DNA of 64,000 nucleotides from the human T2T-CHM13v2.0 reference genome, Homo sapiens: NCBI RefSeq assembly GCF_009914755.1, contig NC_060929.1, one strand, 5' to 3'. Position 1 is the first letter of the stretch, and each line of letters starts with the position of its first letter. The notes under the pieces were generated by a model. It was given only the letters and a program-made list of their open reading frames with translations. It had not been told where the DNA came from and searched no databases. Positions 58,257 to 64,000 of this stretch are shown here, piece by piece. The position numbers and the translations under genes were made by a program.

Positions 58257-59702
58257 CTGTGTTTTCAGGAATTCTCCCAGTGATTCACCTCATCTGGGTT
58301 CAGAGAGGTGGCTTTTCCTTATGTCCCAAGTTACTTGTGTAGAAGTCAAAGCTGTCAGTGATTAAGTCAGATAAGTCTCTACACAATCTGGATCCAAAGA
58401 GGTGGAAGCCTATATTCATAGAAATGCTTCCCAAAAGAACATGCCTGTGCCAGGAGTAGAAAGACAAAAGGAACAACTGGTCTCCCTTCCTTATCCTGCA
58501 GACCCAATTCTGTGCTTCAGGTAATTTTCCTTCCCAAGGCAGCCTTGCTTCTCCATGGCCTTCTTGCCTGACAGCTAGTGGTCCTTATTTTAATATTTGC
58601 TCTGGCAGCTCCCCTAGCCCACTCTTCACCTGTCCCCTTCTAACTGTCAGTAACAATGAGTACTGACATATACTTCAAGGGTTTGCTTTTTAAAATTTCT
58701 TCTGGAAATGTGGTCAACCTGCTTCATAGTCCATTCATTTCCCCTGAAAAAATGTGAATAACTAATATCTGAAAGAAGAGGAAAAATGTTGGGGTTTTCT
58801 AAATAGTTTCTCTCTTAGTTCCATCAAGTGTAGGGTATTAGTAATTTTTTTTCTAAATTTTTGAGCATCTATACAAAACAAGAAAAAATATTTGGCTTGA
58901 TTATTGCATGAGTGGACTGGAATTTGCCCTTTCATATGTCATTGGGAATCAAAAGGCAAATTATAACTCAAGTCTTGTTTTTACTTGGTGCTGCTGAGGT
59001 TTTTCTTTTTAGGTTGACTCGCTCCTCCCTGTGGTTCTCTACTCAAAGTCCTGTCAAGATGCCCCTGAAAGCTTGTTCTCCTCACCGAAGCCCCTTCCCA
59101 ACGACGCTAAGGAAAAGCAACATGTTTTCCAGGAATGAGGGAGAGGAGATCTACCAAAGACACCAAACATCTGACAGACATGGAGTTAAGAGAAACATCA
59201 TGGCACATTCTGAATAAGAAATAAATGACTGAAACTATATGACATCACCAAGACAAACGTGAGTGCTCATGCTATTCCTCTTGTTATATGCATCCCGAGC
59301 CTGCTATCAAGAAGGCTGCAATCCTCTTTGAATTCAAGTCAGTTTAGACTGTGTTTGATTAAAATTATCTTCCTCATATACTACTTCAGGGTAAAAAGGG
59401 TAATTCTCACAGAAAAGCCCTGGAAAATCCTCTTGAGTCTCAATAACGGGATTATTTCCAATAGTATGACTCTTCCAGCATTCTACACCTATTCTCTTCA
59501 TGCTCTGAAAATTCTCTCAGGGCATCATTGCAGAAGAGCAATATTCCATGGTAAGGAAGGTGTCATCTTGACTTTCCACTTTATAGCTCCAGAGAGATTA
59601 GAAAAGCAGAAAACTGTTGGCCTGGTGAATTCTAAATCCATGAACTCTAACTGCATGGTATTTTTTTTAACACAGCCCTTAGATAAGCTTAAATGAATAT
59701 AC

Positions 59703-59880
59703 AGGCATGATTCTCAAATTTAGTGGGCACAGGTCTCCTGGAGGGCTGGTTAAATGTTAGATTGCTGGGATTGTCCCCTGTGTTCCCATTCAGTAAGCCT
59801 CAGATGGAGCCTGAGTATTCCAGCAAATGCCCAGGAGATGTTAATGCTGCTGGTCTAGAAACCACACACTGGAACGACTT
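59703..59880. mobile_element. MER5A
   Basis: ttctcaaattt...cctggagggctggttaaa...gattgctgg...atgctgctggtctagaaaccacac. Confidence 0.75.
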
Positions 59881-61017
59881 TAGATAATGACAGCATTAAA
59901 TTACATGTTATTCCTTTCATGAGACACTAAGGAAGATAATATTCTATTCATGATATAAGAAACACTATTATGCTTCTCTCTTCAAAACTTTTTTTGTAGT
60001 TCCAAGAATATTTAAAAGTTTATATACATTACAAAACCAGACCAAAATAGAGCTTGTCATTCCCTTGCTAACCTTGTTTCTCCTTATTCTGGATCTCAGC
60101 TGGGAAGGCAATCGTGTTTCAGGCTATCCATTTATTTTTCAGAGTCTTGATTTTAGCTTGCTATAAAATTGTTAAGTTACCATCTGGACATTGTCTTATT
60201 CTTATTTCATATATTACAAAAAGAGAAGAAAAATCAGTTATTTACTTACTAATACATTATCTTTATTGTGTTTTATTTATTTGTAATTTATTTTGAAAAT
60301 AATTTGTGTTCAGAATTCCTCTATCCCGCTTACCAAATCTTTTCCACAAATGGAAAGTATTCTTTATCTGGTTCCCAGAGCACAGCTCACATGTTTAAAG
60401 TCAGCCTCCAAAATAAATCCTTGCCAATTTATTTAAGAAGCCTGCTCCTGGTGCTTAAGGAAATAATGGCACCTTGTGAATACAGACGGCATCCACTTCT
60501 GCATAAGCTACACATTACTGCCTGCAAATGCTGTCCATCTACATCAAACTAATAATGGTTGGATTTTAAAAGGAAACTCTGGAGAAACTTACAATAGGTT
60601 ATGAGAGGTTCTGGAAACTCGAAGACAAATGCAGGTGATAATAAGACTGAGGTCTGTACCCTGTCTGAAGTGGCTTATACCAAAAATCTGAGCGAATACC
60701 AACACTCCATTTGCACGAATTCTGTCTTCTCTGTTTCTAACTGGTCTTTTCACTCACACTTGCCCACAGTTGCCTCTTCTTCTTTCTCTTGCTTTGGCTC
60801 TTTCTTTCCACATTCCCATTCTTTTTTTCTCTGCACTGCTATGAGATCATGATCTCTTGAATTCCTTAGAATATTTTTTGTATGTAAATCCTACAATTTC
60901 ACACGTTACATACAGCTCCATATAATGTCATGAATAACAAACTTGCTTCTTACATTTGCTGAAATTTTAACTTGAATATATTCTTTAAAATAGGCTACAG
61001 TTATTACAATTACTTTA

Positions 61018-61160
61018 GAGCAGCTTTAAACTACACTGAACACCAGAATCCCCAGAGAAACTGTTTAAAGGATTCAGATAACAGAGTCCTATCCCCAGAT
61101 AATTTTATTTAAAAGTTCTTAAGTGAGTTTTAGGAAGTTGCTCATATAGTAAGAACCCTG
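61018..61160. mobile_element. MER5-family fragment
   Basis: aaactacactgaacaccagaatcccc...ttattt aaaag...aagaaccctg. Confidence 0.5.
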
Positions 61161-61220
61161 GGTGTCTTTCTGCTCTTTTTTTTTAATAATGACTTTACTG
61201 ATATATAATTTACATATCAA

Positions 61221-63313
61221 GAGGTACGGCAAGATAGCTGAATAGAAGGCTCCACCAATCATCTGCCTCCCTCACAAAGACACTAACTTAGGTGTCTCCA
61301 TAGAAAAAAAAAAAAAACACCTTCATAAGAACTAAAAAACAGATAAGTACTCATAGTACTTTTTTACCTCCATATCACTGAAAGAGCCACAGGAGACATA
61401 GAGAAAACAGTCCTTAATTTCTGATGCCACTCTTCCCTCACTCCTAGCAGCAGCAACAAGATGCTGAGGGCATGTCTGGGCACCAGGGCAGGCAGAACAC
61501 AGCAATTTGTGAGGCATTGGACTCTACTGTCCTGTTAGAGCAGAAAGGAAAGCTGGACTAAACTCAGCATTTAAACCAGCCCTAGCCAGACGGGAATCAG
61601 TGGTCCCAGGGTCCAAACTTGAATTCCCACAAACCTCATCAGTGGGGGCCAAAGTGCTTTCTGTCTCCAAGTAAATTTGAAAGGCAGTCTAGGCCATCAG
61701 GACTGCAACTCTTAGGTAAGCCTTAGGGCTGAACGAGGCCCAGAGGCAGTAGGCTAGGGGAGCATGAGACACACTGAGACACCAGCTGGCATAGTCAAGG
61801 AAGTGATGACCTCACACTTCCCCTAACCCCACACTGTACCGCTTAGGGCTCCAAAAGAGACCCCTTCCTTCACCCTGAAGAGAGGAGAGCCGGGCCAATA
61901 TGGCTGACTAGAAGCAGCAGCCTTCAGAGGCTCCCACTGGAAAAAAACATAATAAGCTTGTGAATCCTTCATCGGCAACCAAAGTATCCAAGTTACCTCA
62001 TCAAAACTGACTAGAAGGCTCGTGTGACCCATGGAGAGAAGGAAAACAGTGTGGTGTGGCAGCCCACCTGAGAGAGAGAGAGAGGGGGGCAGGGGAATCC
62101 CCTACCCCCAGCCAAGGGAGGTGGTGAGTGAGGTGCTACCCAGCCAGAGAAATTGCTTTTCCCACAGAACTGTGCAACCCATGGATCAAAAGATCCCACG
62201 CATGAACCCGTGCCGCTGGGGCCTAGCATCCCAACCCTGAAACTTGGAGATTCTTAGAGCCTTTCAGCTGGAATCTGCTTAAGCCTACCAAACGCCCAGT
62301 GGGAGGGGCAACCAGCACTGGCTGTGGCTGCCTGCTCTCTAAGCCATTTGAGCTCCTTGTGGGAGAGGCAGCAGCCAGCAATGGGACTCTCCACTGCCTA
62401 ACACACTAAGCTTCCAGGGCAGGGGCAGGGCAGCACCCATTTCCATAGCTCCAGACTGCACTTTTCCGCTGCTGGAGCCAGGGAGGCTGGACAGCTTGGT
62501 CCCAAGACTTGACCTCAAGACTTGTCCCCACAGCCCAACACACAGGCTGTGGCAGCCAGAGTGCCTCTTCAGGCCTAACCTTGACTCATCCTTCCTCATT
62601 GGGCAGGGCTTCCCTGCAGGAACTCTAATAACTCCAGCCAGAGGCTCAGGGACAGAATTTGTATCTCCCTGGGCCTAAGCCCCTACAGGGAGGGGTGGCT
62701 GCAGTCTCTGTGGACCAGATGACTTAGCATTTCCTCCTGGTAGTTCTGAGGAATCCAGGTAGCTCAGAGTTTCCTCCAGGCAAAGCACACCTCCTCCACT
62801 AAGGGACAAAGTGCTTTGTTAAATGAGTCCTGCTCCCCATGCCACCTAACTGGGTGAGACCCTCCAACAGGGGTTGTCAGACACCTTATACAGGAGTGAC
62901 CCTACTGGCATCAGGTTGGTGCCCCTCAAGGTCAGAGGTCCCAAAAGAAGCATCAGGCACCCTTCTTTGCTGTTCTCCAGCCTCCTTGAGTGACATCTCC
63001 AGGCACGGGAGAGAATCAGATGAATAGGGCCTGAAGTGAACCCTCAGCAAACTGCAGCAGCCCTACAGAAGACGGATCTGACTATTGAAGGAAAAGCAAA
63101 TGAGCAGAAAGCAACAACAACAGGATCATCAACAACAAAAAAGACCCCTACAAAAACCCCATCCAAGGGTCAGCAGCCTATCTCGTTTTTTCATTTGTTT
63201 CAGAAGAAATAAAGAAAAGAAGAAAAAAAAAGGGAAGAAAGAAAAGTGGAGAAAGAAGAGTGGGGAGGACTTTGTCTTGTGTCTTGGATACCAGCTCAGC
63301 CATAGCAGAATAG
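61221..63313 (+). mobile_element. L1M1/L1MA1-3-type 5'UTR, interrupted by a younger L1 5'UTR and by LTR17
   Basis: caagatagctgaatagaaggctccacc...ggctccaaaagagaccccttcc up to 61889; resumes at ~63241 (gaagagtggggaggactttgtcttg...ggataccagctcagcca). Confidence 0.8.
61890..63240 (+). mobile_element. L1PA11-13-like 5'UTR-only insertion with A-rich tail
   Basis: Starts ggccaatatggctgactagaagcagc (L1 5' terminus); ends ...aaaaccccatccaagggtcagcagcct at 63179, just before ORF1; A-rich tract at 63202-63240. Confidence 0.8.
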
Positions 63314-64000
63314 TGTTACCAGGCAGGTCTTTGTTCTTAGTGCTCCCAAGATGGTGGCAGGCTGCTCCCAAGATGAGGTGGGCCACTCTCAAGATGGCGG
63401 CAAGCCTTTGTTCTCTGACCTGGGGTTCTTGGCCTCACAGATTCCAAGGAATGGAACCAAGCTTGGGCCATGCGGTGAGTGTTATAGCTCTATTAGAAGC
63501 TGTGGGTCACAGAAGAGAACCGTGGAACCCAGCGACTAGTGTTCAGCTCGATTAGGACAAACCCAGGCACTTAGCCATGCAGGAATGATGGTAAGCCTTT
63601 AGCCCTGTGGGGAGTGGCAATGGGCGCCTCCCTGGATCAGGAGTGCAGCAGACACCCTGCCGCATCCTGAGGTGTGGAAGTCAACGGTAGGTCTGGGACA
63701 GTGGTGAACAGCAGTGGTGGATGGCGAGCAAAAGCTCAGCTCGAGCTATAACAAACACGGACCAGAAGAATGTGCAGTTGCAAGATTTAATAGAGTGAAA
63801 ACAGCTCCCATACAACGGGAGGGGACCCAAAGGGGGTTGCCGCTCCCTGCTTAAATGCCTGGGTTTATATCCCGATCATTGTCCCTCCCCCTGTGCTCTC
63901 AGGCGATATATGATTTGACTATTTCTTTGCCTCATGCTTTAGCCTAATTTGTATTTTAGTGAGCCCTCTTTACTACATGATTGGTCCGGTGTGAGCTGAG
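63314..64000 (-). mobile_element. HERV-W LTR (LTR17), U5-R-part of U3, cut by the window edge
   Basis: Reverse complement matches the recalled HERV-W LTR: CTCACACC.GACCAATC...GGGATATAAACCCAGGCATT...ATTAAATCTTGCAACTGCAC...three CCATCTTG-type repeats...GGTAACA. Confidence 0.93.
63786..63984 (-). promoter_or_regulatory. LTR17 CCAAT box, TATA box and ATTAAA polyA signal
   Basis: On the minus strand: CCAAT at 63980-63984, TATAAA at 63864-63869, ATTAAA at 63786-63791, in the standard HERV-W U3/R order. Confidence 0.75.

Noticed and set aside
63085-63555. 156-aa Lys/Gln-rich ORF
   Set aside because: It reads through an L1 5'UTR, an A-rich tail and an antisense LTR17, with a non-ATG start; an accidental chimera.

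Overview
This is AT-rich, CpG-poor primate genomic DNA, probably human or another hominoid (it carries AluY, L1PA2/3 and a HERV-W LTR17). It reads as intergenic or intronic and is dominated by retroelements and DNA-transposon relics. I recognise no host protein-coding gene, structural RNA gene, CpG island or prokaryote-type system; every long ORF I could assign derives from L1 ORF2, Alu or simple repeats. The main interest is in unusual retrotransposition products: an L1 5'UTR-only retrocopy with its own A-rich tail and TSD, one L1 endonuclease site reused by an Alu and then an L1PA2 (three copies of the TSD), an L1 with a ~2.7 kb internal deletion plus an apparent 3' transduction, a doubly inverted L1, several twin-priming inversions, and an L1/L1/HERV-W promoter stack at the right edge. 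Several well-formed + strand splice-signal sets suggest an unannotated or non-coding spliced transcript, which is inference only. Repeat subfamily names come from recalled consensus features rather than a database search, and boundaries of old repeats are approximate.
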